Assembly: GCA_964016885.1 (NCBI GenBank)
Contig: OZ024763.1
Span: 23,622,001 to 23,686,000 of the forward strand
DNA: 64,000 nucleotides
Direction of reading: 5' to 3'
Origin: Eledone cirrhosa
Taxonomy: Eukaryota
Shown: piece by piece, positions 29,720 to 44,422 of the stretch
How the letters are laid out: the number at the start of each line of letters is the position of its first letter
How positions within the stretch are numbered: the stretch's first letter is position 1
Program-made: the position numbers and the translations under genes
The notes under the pieces: model-generated
Databases searched by the model: none
What the model saw: only the letters and a program-made list of their open reading frames with translations
Told to the model about the DNA's origin: nothing

Positions 29720-30146
29720 TATACACATATGCATACAGGTACACATACATATATGCACGCATCAGTTTAGCCGACGTTTATTATAACGCCTGCTTTGTTC
29801 GTTTGTTTGTCAACAAATCGAACAGCCTGAATTTTATGCCATACGGTGTTAAGGCAACCACGTCACCTTTTTGTTCAACACTGACACAGAGAACGATGTA
29901 CTAGTTTCAAGCTTGTTAGCTATTCATCAGCACCGTTTACCCATCTGCCAGATAGTTGAACGTTCGAAAGTATATACTTTCCTTATGAATCGTATATACT
30001 TGCCTTAACACCGTATGGCATAAATTCAGGCTGTTCGATTTGTTGACAAACAAACGAACAAAGCAGGCGTTATAATAAACGTCGGCTAAACTGATGCGTG
30101 CATATATGTATGTGTACCCGTATGCATATGTGTATATATATGTGTA
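29712..30146 (-). mobile_element. Element with long inverted arms (~29712-29857 / 30000-30146) and an internal minimal HHR at 29894-29935 (-)
   Basis: Minus strand: cggtg-CTGATGA-atagct(aaca)agctt-GAAA-ctag-TA-catcg. The arms are near-perfect reverse complements. Embedded in (TA)n. Confidence 0.78.
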
Positions 30147-30149
30147 TAT

Positions 30150-30186
<37 letters not shown>

Positions 30187-30317
30187 CATATATATATATG
30201 CATGCTACTGTAAGTCTGTATACATATATGTATGTACGTATACATACATACTTACATTTAAGTAAGTGCCATACTAAGAGTGAGAAATGAAATTTCGTTT
30301 TCATTTTTTCAACTTAT

Positions 30318-32121
<1,804 letters not shown>

Positions 32122-32765
32122 ATGTATTTAACTGCTCGGAAGAGCCCCTTCCTGGAGCTTAATTATTGTAAACGACTGAGAGTTTATTCTCAAAATATAA
32201 TATAATGTATAGCTCCTTTATTGTAAGAGCTGATCCTTAATCCTGCATAAGCGGTTGTTATTTCTAGCACCGTGAATGTGGGACAGCTAGTTTTGGCCTG
32301 CCTACGCACGTGTAGTCAGACCTGCAAAATTTTTGATGTGAGATTAGACTAATCTTACTGGATTCCTGTTAATAAGCACAGAAGATTTGGATATTTCACT
32401 GTTTTATTTCTATTCCATTTCGATTCTCTTTATTTTTCAATTCACATACCACCGTTGCGAAACTTATTTGGGTTTCGAGTTTCAAATTCGTCTACAGAAC
32501 AGGTTTGAATTTTGAAATTTAAATATGTCCAGGGAATCATGGCCGTTGCCAATATAAGCTTGTCTTTATTGACTTGTATCGAGACAGACAAATTGTATTC
32601 ACTTTTATTAGTTTATTTCATTAATAGCTAACTTTGTCTGTTGCAATGTAAACACATTTCGTGTTTATCATATACTTTAAATGTATTTAACTGCTCGGAA
32701 GAGCCCCTTCCTGGAGCTTAATTATTGTAAACGACTGAGAGTTTATTCTCAAAATATAATATAAT
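32122..32765. mobile_element. 559-bp hairpin-rich unit with an 85-bp terminal direct repeat, inserted in (TA)n
   Basis: 32122-32206 is identical to 32681-32765. Internal hairpins include ggcctgcctacgcacgtgtagtcagacc, gtgagattagactaatcttac and cgaaacttatttgggtttcg. No canonical HHR core seen. Confidence 0.55.
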
Positions 32766-32785
32766 ATATATATATATAATATACA

Positions 32786-32816
<31 letters not shown>

Positions 32817-32825
32817 TATATATAT

Positions 32826-32889
<64 letters not shown>

Positions 32890-32978
32890 CATATATATAC
32901 ATATATATATACATATATATATACATATATATAATATATATATATACATATATATATATACATATATATATATATATC

Positions 32979-33065
<87 letters not shown>

Positions 33066-33175
33066 CATATATATATAATATATACATATATATATATATA
33101 TATATACATATATATACATATATATATACATATATATATATACATATATATATATACATATATATTTATATATAC

Positions 33176-33206
<31 letters not shown>

Positions 33207-33568
33207 CATATTATATATATATATGTATATATATATACATATATTTATATATATATGTATATATATACATATATTTATATATATATGTATATATATATAT
33301 TATATAATATATATATATATATATATACATATATTTAAATATATATATGTATATATATACATATATTTATATATATATGTATATATATATATATATATTA
33401 TATATATATATACATATATATAAATGTATATATATACATATATATATACATATATTTGTATATATATATACATATATTTATATATATATATATCATATAT
33501 ACATATATTTATATATACATATATATATATAAATATATATATATACATATATACATATTTATATATAC

Positions 33569-33617
<49 letters not shown>

Positions 33618-33636
33618 CACACATATATATATATAT

Positions 33637-33745
33637 GGCTTGATAATGTCAACCTATGGACTGGACTTGATCTTTGCTCTTTGAACTCTGCTGCTGGCGA
33701 TCGAATTTGTTGAGTAAAATATCACATGTTGATGCGCAGGTCTGC
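33637..33745 (+). mobile_element. RTE LINE extreme 3' fragment (same family as 6262-6735)
   Basis: Translation [25 protein letters not shown]. Confidence 0.7.
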
Positions 33746-33940
33746 AACTAGCGCCACAAGAAGAATATATAGTATACAGGTCACCGAAATTGCGTAAATA
33801 CGTATATAAATATATAAACTTAGACATTTTTACAATATAGACTTGTAAACGTGCGAAATACACGTATTTTCTTGTAAAATTTAAAATATGCCAGACACCA
33901 TTAAACGATTTTCCGTGCTAGTCTGGATATATATATATTC

Positions 33941-34088
33941 CACAACAGTTAGTTCAGCATACCGAGAACATTTATGAAACAATTGTTCTTGGTATGGTGA
34001 ACTAATTGTTGTGGAACTACTTTTACCAAACTCGTCCCATGACTGAGTGCTCTACTACTACGGATATAACCCTTCAGTGTTCTACTAT
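33941..34088 (+). mobile_element. Truncated fold-back element (family F), 3' half of HHR only
   Basis: Inverted repeat cacaacagttagttcagcataccgagaaca / tgttcttggtatggtgaactaattgttgtg around tgaaacaattgttc. The tail matches the reverse complement of 51375-51490. Confidence 0.65.
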
Positions 34089-34109
34089 TATATATATATA
34101 TATATATAT

Positions 34110-34328
34110 GGACATGCTCACCGACATCCAGTGTTGACATTGCACTCAGTGCTCCTTTGGGAGCCCCTACATGGACACACTAGAAGAGGAAGACCAAGGT
34201 TAACATATGTTGATGCCCTAAGGACAGACACTGGTCTGTTGGAGATGCAGGATATGGCAGCGATAATGATGGACAGAGACCGCTGGAGAGAACTCGTCCA
34301 TGGATCTCGGGAATTTTACCCGCCTTAG
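34110..34328 (+). mobile_element. RTE/RTE-X-like LINE ORF2 C-terminal fragment
   Basis: Translation HRHPVLTLHSVLLWEPLHGHTRRGRPRLTYVDALRTDTGL...MMDRDRWRELV. Confidence 0.75.
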
Positions 34329-34406
34329 ATATATATATATATATATATAGAGAGAGAAAAACGACGAAGTCTCCTTTACATGTAGTTAGTTTGTTATTGT
34401 TCATCG

Positions 34407-34497
34407 ACCTGTTATGCACATTTCGCAGAGGATTGGCCCAGGGTCACCCATGGAAGTTATGGCACGACTCCATTATCGATCTGCTCTTCAGACTGGC
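34407..34497 (-). ncRNA. Type I hammerhead ribozyme with inserted helix II
   Basis: Minus strand: gccagt-CTGAAGA-gcaga[~48 nt]tctgc-GAAAT-gtgc-ATA-acaggt. Stem I has one mismatch. Confidence 0.65.
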
Positions 34498-34524
34498 AAG
34501 ACAACTGTATGTATACATATATAC

Positions 34525-34748
34525 AATTAGAAAGTGAACAACACAATATATAACTATTCCATTACCAAAGGTTTCAGGACCTGAGACAATATTAACATAC
34601 GTCTAGTTTGCTCATCAGATGAAAATTTATCTTAATATAATTGAGGTAATGCAGGAGTTATGTTGTGTTGTTCACTTTCTAATTAAATAGCTCTGTTCTA
34701 TACATAGAGCACTCATTTTCCTTTGCTTTTTCTTCGGAAATACTTAAC
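34525..34748. mobile_element. Inverted-arm element (family H) with HHR at 34560-34621 (-)
   Basis: Arms aattagaaagtgaacaacacaa...cattacc / ggtaatg...ttgtgttgttcactttctaatt. Minus strand: cat-CTGATGA-...-GAAAC-ctttg-GTA-atg. The tail resembles 43550-43625 and 59759-59830 (reverse complement). Confidence 0.65.
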
Positions 34749-34821
34749 CTCTATACAGGGTGACCACGAAAACACTCCTTAATTTCAAATATTTATCATA
34801 TCATAACTTAAATGAATATAA

Positions 34822-34868
<47 letters not shown>

Positions 34869-34887
34869 GTATATTCATATATATATA

Positions 34888-34926
<39 letters not shown>

Positions 34927-35062
34927 TAAGAATATTCATATATACATAAATATATATATATATATATATTATAAGAATATTCATATATATATATTATAAA
35001 AATATTCATATATATAAATATATATATATATATATTATAAAAATATTCATATATATAAATAT

Positions 35063-35094
<32 letters not shown>

Positions 35095-35121
35095 TATAAA
35101 AATATTCATATATATAAATAT

Positions 35122-35153
<32 letters not shown>

Positions 35154-35166
35154 TATAAAAATATTC

Positions 35167-35200
<34 letters not shown>

Positions 35201-35252
35201 TAAAAGAATATTCATATATATATAAATATATATATATATAATAAGAATATTC

Positions 35253-35290
<38 letters not shown>

Positions 35291-35295
<5 letters not shown>

Positions 35296-35685
35296 TAACA
35301 GATTAAAGTTTAAGCAAAGAATCGCTGCTTTCACCCTTAACGGGATCTTCTGAAACTAACAAAGTCAATCTGTGAACGCAGAAGTAAATATTTCAAAAAA
35401 CGTTGCAACCGGAGGAAGACAGGAAGACGATACTTTGGTTCGTGGTAACGTTCCCTGGCAAAGAACGGGAAAAAACGAATATAATACGTCATTAATAGGT
35501 GCGGTGAAAAACAATTACACGCAGAGGCAGAACCACGTTTATGGTATAAAATAAGTCGTAGGCTAATGTTCTCTTAGGTGGTTCATAGAGACGTTCTCTG
35601 GCAATGAGCGGAGAAAAACGAAGATAATACGTCATATGTGGAACATGGAGAACAATTGCACGCAAAGACAAAACTTATTTATATA
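35291..35685 (-). mobile_element. PLE-like remnant with degenerate HHR (~35320-35355, -) and an internal ~143-bp-period duplication
   Basis: Minus strand: CAGAAGA-t-ccc(gttaa)ggg-t-GAAAG. The terminus taaaataacagattaaagtttaagcaaa recurs at 60550, again next to (TA)n. Confidence 0.45.
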
Positions 35686-35689
35686 TTAT

Positions 35690-35809
35690 TAACCGTCGAG
35701 GTTAACTTTGCCTTTCATCCTTACGGCGTCGCTAAAATAAAGTACCAGTAATGCACTGGGTAATTGCTCGCATTGTGCCTAAAGTAGAAATAATAATAAT
35801 TATTATTAT

Positions 35810-35810
<1 letters not shown>
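35690..35810 (+). mobile_element. SINE 3' half
   Basis: gaggttaactttgcctttcatcc...aagtaccagtaatgcactgg...gtagaaataataat. Confidence 0.75.
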
Positions 35811-35900
<90 letters not shown>

Positions 35901-36374
35901 TATAAATATATATATATATATTATAAGAATATTCATATATATATAAATATATATATATATATAAACGGAAAAAATGAAACGAATTTTCATTTCTCACTCT
36001 TAGTACGTCTGTTACTTAAATATAAGTATGTATACGTATAATATATATATATATATATATGTGTGTGTGAATATATATCTATGTCTATGTATGAGTATGT
36101 ATGTGTGTGTATGTATGTGTGTATGGGTTTATGTATGTATGTATGTCTGTATGTATATGTGTGTATATATATGTATGTATGTGTATGTCTGTATGTATAT
36201 AAGTATGTATGTGTATGTATATGTGCGTGTATGTGTATATATGTGTGTGTATATATGTGTGTGTGTGTATATGTGTATATATGTGTGTATATATATATAT
36301 ATGTATGTGTGTATATGTGTGTATATATATATGTATATGTTTATATATGTGTGTGTGTGTGTGTTGTATGTGTA

Positions 36375-36432
<58 letters not shown>

Positions 36433-36939
36433 CTTGATATATTTCTTTTTTCTTTTTTCTTTTTCTTTTCTTTTCTTTTTATTTCTAAGTTTATAGATAC
36501 ATCTACAAATAAGCAGTCTGCCGAAACCGTTGAATACTGACCTCTCCCCCCCTCCCACCTAATTTCTGTATCTTGATCTAAATGTGTGTGGCAGTGTTTA
36601 TGGGCGTGAATTAATATCCATGTGCTTATGATAATATTATATCCACATATATATGTGTGTGGGGGTGTGTGTGTGTATGTATGTTCGTAATTATGTGTAT
36701 GTTTATACATATACGCGCGCGTGTGTGTGAGTGTACGGATATGTGTGAGTATGTGAATATGTGTATACACTTATTTCATATTTATGTGTCTATACGCATT
36801 TTATCTGTGGATTATAAACTTACAGAGACATTAGCCTTGAATTTTTGTATTTGCATACATCTTTTTGGCATGCGTATGCATGTTGAGCATATATCTTTGT
36901 ATAAATATGTGTACGGGGTTAGTTACATGTATATACACA

Positions 36940-37390
36940 CACCAAACTGCATAAAATTTTTTGTATTTTCATTGGTCAATTTGAACTCCGTTCCCAAACG
37001 GACCTGAAATTTTGAATTGTTGTTATTATCAATAAATATATTTCATTATTTCTGAAGACGGCATATATGTGTGTTTGGTATGTATATTTAATCTTGATAG
37101 TTTGTATAATTTTGTATAATTTTGTACATAGATCTGTTGAATATGCATACCAATTCTAACACATATATATCCTAGAAACGATCGTTAAATAATGAACTTT
37201 TTTTGTTTAATATAAGGAACTGTTTCATTGTTTTATTCATTATTTGTTTAATATTTTATCTTGACTCTGTATTCCGTTTATCTTTCACCGAAAGTGATTT
37301 TTCATTACATCTCTTCTTTCCATGATATCCGGAATACATTGAGTTCTTCATACGGATTGGACACTACCGTAAACTCTTGGTAGATTTATC

Positions 37391-37393
<3 letters not shown>
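36940..37393 (+). mobile_element. Family Q copy with 5' extension; HHR at 37042-37196
   Basis: 10-bp stem I ttcattattt / aaataatgaa, CTGAAGA and GAAACgatcGTT. The upstream part resembles 62515-62595. Ends in (TA)n. Confidence 0.8.
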
Positions 37394-37447
<54 letters not shown>

Positions 37448-37496
37448 TATATATTATAAGAATATTCATATATATATAATTTTATATATATATATT

Positions 37497-37585
<89 letters not shown>

Positions 37586-37717
37586 ATATATATGTATATA
37601 TATATATATGTATATATATATGTATATATATATATGTATATATATATATGTATATATATATGTATATATATATATATGTATATATATATATGTTTTTATA
37701 TATATATATATATATAT

Positions 37718-37750
<33 letters not shown>

Positions 37751-37752
<2 letters not shown>

Positions 37753-37923
37753 AACCAGTAAGACCCCGACGGCTGAGCTCAAGCCGTTTCGACGTAATTA
37801 GCCGTCGAAACGGCTTGAGCTCAGCCGTCGGGGTCTTACTGGTTCCTATTACCCACTCTACTACCCTAAGTATTGAGTACTTTGGTGCGTTATGGTCAAC
37901 CTGGTTCCTTACCACATTTCCTT
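37751..37923 (+). mobile_element. Fold-back half-hammerhead element (family J)
   Basis: Perfect 44-bp inverted repeat 37751-37794 / 37803-37846. The right arm is GAAAC-ggct(tgagctc)agcc-GTC-ggggtc, i.e. HHR helix III, GUC and stem I'. CUGANGA is absent. Confidence 0.7.
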
Positions 37924-37940
37924 ATATATATATATATATG

Positions 37941-38064
<124 letters not shown>

Positions 38065-38356
38065 GAAACGATTTACAAAGTTTACATAAATGTTTGAATT
38101 TAAAAGAAACATTATAAATTCATATAAAACTGCCACAAGGCAAAATATTAGCTGCAAAATTGTTGAAAATGAACCGTTACGTGTGTGTGGGGAGGGGGAG
38201 GGAGAGAATCAAGTTTGAGTTAAAATTACATAAAGCTAAACACACACAAACGCATTTATATATATAACTATATAATACGATATATTATATAAACAAACAA
38301 TGATATATTGCTAAGCTATATTGAATACAATAAGATCTTACACGATATACATTATA

Positions 38357-38393
<37 letters not shown>

Positions 38394-38458
38394 TAAAACC
38401 TCAGTTACATAAACAGATACACTTATATACAATAGAATATAATATATATATGTATTGT

Positions 38459-38498
<40 letters not shown>

Positions 38499-38508
38499 TT
38501 ATTTATAT

Positions 38509-38553
<45 letters not shown>

Positions 38554-38623
38554 ATATATATAATATATATTTATATATATATATATATAATATATATAAT
38601 TATATATGTATATAACATATATA

Positions 38624-38673
<50 letters not shown>

Positions 38674-38776
38674 ATATATAATATATATTTATATATATAT
38701 ATATAATATATATAATTATATATGTATATAACATATATATATATTATATATATATATATAATATATATATATATAC

Positions 38777-38812
<36 letters not shown>

Positions 38813-39099
38813 TTATATATATTGTATATATCTAATTATATAACATGTACGTATTATATATATATGTATATATCATATATATATATATTATATATATAAC
38901 ATATATATATTATATATATATATATTATATATATATATAACATATATATATATATATTATATATATAACATATATATATTATATATATATATAATATATA
39001 TATATATAACATATATATATATATATTATATATATAACATATATATATATATATATGTTATATATATATATAATATATATATATATAATATATATATGT

Positions 39100-39180
<81 letters not shown>

Positions 39181-39189
39181 TATATATAT

Positions 39190-39270
<81 letters not shown>

Positions 39271-39555
39271 CGTTTCTGAATATATATATATATATATAGT
39301 AAGCATCATTTACATTAATATAGCCACATACGTTCCATCCTATTTTTTTCACCATTCCTTTGTCTCTTATCACTGGCAAATTGTTTGGTGAGGAAATAAG
39401 CAAATAAATACTAAAACTTGTAAATAAAAATAGGAAACCTATACAGGAAATGATTCGAAAGACTCACAGAGATATACACACACACACATATATGTATGAG
39501 CACACACGCAACTATCTATATATATATGTACATATGTGTATACATGTGTATATAA

Positions 39556-39644
<89 letters not shown>

Positions 39645-39687
39645 ACAAATATTATACGTATATATATACAGACAAAACACACAAACA

Positions 39688-39731
<44 letters not shown>

Positions 39732-39938
39732 TAGTGTCCCCCAAAATTTATACACAATTCAATAGCATTCTAATCAAAGTTTGTATACATTTTTTGGACG
39801 CCCTGTATATATAAATATATATATATATAAATCCACATTGGAGTGGGTGCTTAACATACTTCAAATATTCAACCGAATATTAACCGTATGAGTACTCAAT
39901 ACTTGTATACAGGAGAGAAAAGTGTTAGCATTTGATTC

Positions 39939-40015
<77 letters not shown>

Positions 40016-40060
40016 CCAATATATCTATCTATATATATATATATATATATATACATATAT

Positions 40061-40258
40061 AGGAAAAGAGTCAGGCCCCCGACGGCAGAACTCCGGCCGT
40101 TTTGACAGCTAGATTTGAACAGTTCGGAACTAGCTGTCGAAACTGCCGGAGCTCAGCCGTCGGGGTCCTGACTCTTTTCCTATTACCCACTCTACTACCC
40201 TAAGTGTCGAGTACTCTGGTGCGTTATGGTCCACCTGGTTCCTTACCACACTTCCTCC
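40061..40258 (+). mobile_element. Fold-back half-hammerhead element (family J variant)
   Basis: Palindrome centred on gacagctag...ctagctgtc, then GAAAC...gccGTCggggtc. Same tail as the 37751 copy. Confidence 0.7.
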
Positions 40259-40281
40259 TATATATATATATATATATATAT

Positions 40282-40495
40282 ATTCAAAAGTTAAACAAGG
40301 TTCAATGAATACATCAAAGAATGAGTTTTACAATAGATTGGAAGCACTCAACTAATAAAAATTTTCCAGAGTTATTAATATTAATTCAAAATATTAACAA
40401 AATAGATATTCTTGTGATCAATTATATTTTATGAAATATGTATAATAAAATATAATTGATCACAAGAATATCTATTTTGTTAATATTTTGAATTT
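40282..40495. mobile_element. AT-rich fold-back element in (TA)n
   Basis: Inverted repeat aattcaaaatattaacaaaatagatattcttgtgatcaattatatttta and its reverse complement (40383-40494). No HHR retained. Confidence 0.55.
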
Positions 40496-40540
40496 ATATA
40501 TATATATATATATATATATCATATATATATATATATATAT

Positions 40541-40759
40541 AGGAACGAGTAGGACCCCGACGGCTGAGCTCAAGCCGTTTCGACGGCTGAGCTCAAGCCG
40601 TTTCGACGGCTAATTCTGGACTAATTCAGAATTAGCCGTCGAAACCGCTTGAGCTCAGCCGTCGGGGTCCTACTCGTTTTTATTACCCACTCTACTACAC
40701 TAAGTATTGAGTACTTTGGTGCGTTATGGTCCATCTGGTTCCTTACCACATTTCCTTCG

Positions 40760-40761
<2 letters not shown>
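40541..40761 (+). mobile_element. Fold-back half-hammerhead element (family J) with duplicated left-arm segment
   Basis: The palindrome axis is the hairpin gacggctaattctg(gactaatt)cagaattagccgtc, directly before GAAAC. The segment gacggctgagctcaagccgtttc is duplicated. Confidence 0.7.
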
Positions 40762-40798
<37 letters not shown>

Positions 40799-40799
40799 T

Positions 40800-41082
40800 A
40801 GGAAAAGAGTCAGGACCCCGACGGCAGAACTCCGGCCGTTTTGACAGCTAGATTTGAACAGTTCGAAACTAGCTGTCGAATATGCACCGTTTCCCTTCGC
40901 TATATGTCTCTCCACCACTCCCCTACACACCTTTTGAACTCTGTTCCCACACACTTCTCACCTGAGGAAGGGCTTATGCCCGAAACGTCGTCGCCCACCT
41001 ACCCCCCACTCTCCTGAGCGTGAAATTAATAAACATTTATTGTACTGCCTCTCTGTTTTGTCCCTGTTCAAATTTTTCCATT
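40800..41082 (+). mobile_element. Chimera of a family J inverted arm (40800-40880) and a Penelope-type pLTR with minimal HHR (40960-40991)
   Basis: ac-CTGAGGA-a-gggc(ttat)gccc-GAAAC-GTC-gt has the typical layout of PLE minimal HHRs. It is followed by aataaa and a T-rich tail into (TA)n. Confidence 0.7.
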
Positions 41083-41199
41083 ATATATATATATATGTGT
41101 GTGTGTGTGTATATGTATGAGTATAAATTTGTTTGTGTGTAATAAATCACTTCTAATATAACTGCTACAAACACAACCATTCTCATCAGCACCACCAGC

Positions 41200-42455
41200 A
41201 ACACAACTACCAATACAGCAACTATCATTATTACCACCACCATCACTATCACTACTACTACCATCACTACTACTACCAGCACTACTACTACCAGCACTAC
41301 TACTACCATCACTACTACTACCAGCACTACTACTACCAGCACTACTAACCCATCGCCAAACTACCACCAACACCAACACCACACTACCATTATTACCACC
41401 ACTACTACTACCACCATCACTATTATTACCACCACTACCACTACCAACACTACTACCACCACCTCTACCACAACCACTACCATCACCACTACCTCCACTA
41501 CTACAAACACTACTACCGCTACCACAACCTCTACCATCACCTCCACTACTACCACCACCGCTACCACAACCACTACCATCACCACTACCTCCACTACTAC
41601 CACCACCGCTACCACAACCACTATCATCACCACTACCTCCACTACTACCACCACCGCTACCACTACCTCCACTACTACCACCACCGCTACCACAACCACT
41701 ACCATCACCACTACCTCCACTACTACCAACACCGCTACCACAACCACTACCATCACCACTACCTCCACTACTACCACCACCGCTACCACAACCACTACCA
41801 TCACCACTACCTCCACTACTACCACCACCGCTACCACAACCACTATCATCACCACTACCTCCACTACTACCACCACCGCTACCACAACCACTACCATCAC
41901 CACTACCTCCACTACTACCAACACCGCTACCACAACCACTATCATCACCACTACCTCTCCTACTACCACCACCGCTACCACAACCACTACCATCACCACT
42001 ACCTCCACTACTACCAACACCGCTACCACAACCACTATCATCACCACTACCTCTCCTACTACCACCACCGCTACCACAACCACTACCATCACCACTACCT
42101 CCACTACTACCAACACCGCTACCACAACCACTATCATCACCACTACCTCTCCTACTACCACCACCGCTACCACAACCACTACCATCACCACTACCTCCAC
42201 TACTACCAACACCGCTACCACAACCATCACCACTACCTCCACTACTACCACCACCGCTACCACAACCACTATCATCACCACTACCTCTCCTACTACCACC
42301 ACCGCTACCACAACCACTATCATCACCCCTACCTCTCCTACTACCAACACCGCTACCACAACCACTACCATCACCACTACCACCCCCACCATTACTACTA
42401 CCACCACTACTACTACTACTGCTACTACTACTACTACCACCACTACCACCACCAA

Positions 42456-42494
<39 letters not shown>

Positions 42495-42510
42495 TACCAC
42501 CACTACCACC

Positions 42511-42557
<47 letters not shown>

Positions 42558-42585
42558 TACTACCACTACTGCCGCTACTACTACT
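41200..42585. repeat. ACC/ACT-derived minisatellite (~42-bp unit in the core)
   Basis: accaccgctaccacaaccactaccatcaccactacctccactact repeated. Confidence 0.9.
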
Positions 42586-42882
42586 AGAGATGCTGTGGTT
42601 GTTATGGTAACTCATTTCTCGTTTGTTGTTTCACTATTGTTAGTGTTGTTGTTGTTGTTGTTGTCGTTATCAATCTTTCACAACTCCTTCTTCGCCCCCC
42701 CTCCTTTCTCCCTCTAGCAGCCCCCCTCCCCTCTTCTACCTTTCCTTGATCGGTTATCGATACCGTTATAGGAAGTAGTTCGATTAGGAAGGAACTCCTT
42801 CGATTGAAAGTTTCGCACCTTAATTGTTGTTTTTTGAGCGCTCGACAGAACAATGGATGCTAATGAACAACAACAACAACAT

Positions 42883-42925
<43 letters not shown>

Positions 42926-42999
42926 AGTAACAACAACAACAACAGCAACATCTACTACTAATACTACTACTATTACTACAGTAACAACAACAACAACAT

Positions 43000-43033
<34 letters not shown>

Positions 43034-43111
43034 AGTAACAACAACAACAACAGCAACATCTACTACTAATACTACTACTATTACTACAGTAACAACAACA
43101 ACAACATCTAT

Positions 43112-43156
<45 letters not shown>

Positions 43157-43408
43157 AGTAACAACAACAGCAACAGCAACAACAACAACAGCAACAGCTA
43201 CTACTACTACTACCACAGTAACAACAACAACAGTGACAACAACGACAATAACTACTACTACTGCTACAACAACAACAACAATAACTACTACAGTGACAAC
43301 AACAGTAACAAATACAACAACAACAACACCTACTACTACTAAGTATGAGTGCGAGAGTGGTGTGTGTGTGTATGTGTGAGTGTATGTATGTATGTGTGTG
43401 TATGTGTG

Positions 43409-43448
<40 letters not shown>

Positions 43449-43488
43449 AATATAGGAAAAAATATGATTCCTTACCACAATTCCTTTG

Positions 43489-43546
<58 letters not shown>

Positions 43547-43550
<4 letters not shown>

Positions 43551-44184
43551 TGAAGTTTCCATTGAAAATTGAAAAAGTCATAGGAGTGAAGAGTGCTCTA
43601 TGTAAGTTACAGAGCTAAATTTAATGTATAATAAACAATACAATATAATTACCTCATTACCAGAGGTTTCCCGAATAAGACGAATACAAGAAACGTCCTC
43701 ATTCGTTCGTCAGACAAGGCAATTTAAAATATAGTGAAATATGTGAAAAATCTCCTCAAGAAAGGCAAAAGTTTACCGGGCAAAAAAAATATATAAATAA
43801 AAGTAATGCAAGAGATATATAAAAATAAAATAAGGAAATTTAGTAAGGGTATGTGTATAAATGTGTGTATATGCACCTACAAATGTACATATGTGTGTAT
43901 GTACAAATGCATGTGTATAGTGAAAAGATGTGTGCGTAAGTACATACATGAGGGCAAGCATATCAGTGTATGTGTGACCACAAATACGTAGATAATATAT
44001 GTTGAAAAAAGAAATTGTAAGATAATAGAGTTAGCGTACATACAGACTCTTTTGCCTTTCTTGAGGAGATTTTTCAAATATTTCACTGTTTTAAATTGCC
44101 TTGTCTGACGAACGGATGAGAACGTTTCTTGTATTCGTCTTATTCGGGAAACCTCTGGTAATGAGGTAATTACATTGTATTGTT

Positions 44185-44191
<7 letters not shown>
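43547..44191. mobile_element. Element with ~145-bp inverted arms, each carrying a complete HHR (43647-43724 -, 44094-44171 +)
   Basis: Plus copy: aattgccttgt-CTGACGA-a-cggatgaga...tcttattcg-g-GAAAC-ctctg-GTA-atgaggtaatt, with an 11-bp stem I including G-U pairs. Arms are 43627-43771 / 44049-44191. Confidence 0.82.
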
Positions 44192-44270
<79 letters not shown>

Positions 44271-44422
44271 ATATGGAGTCCGGTACACTTTAGCAGCTAC
44301 TAGCCACTATTTTTTGTCTCTTGGGCTATTTTACCCGGTTTTCTAAGCTAGTTATAGCAAACGAATGTGGTTACAATGTTTCCATTGGTCTTTCAAATTT
44401 CTGATACTATCTACTAGCTACT

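Noticed and set aside
37751-37846. Palindromes as miRNA precursors or classical MITEs
   Set aside because: Arm lengths vary between copies, one arm continues into an unpaired tail, and the arms carry HHR parts. This fits retro-insertion fold-backs better than fixed TIRs or pre-miRNAs.
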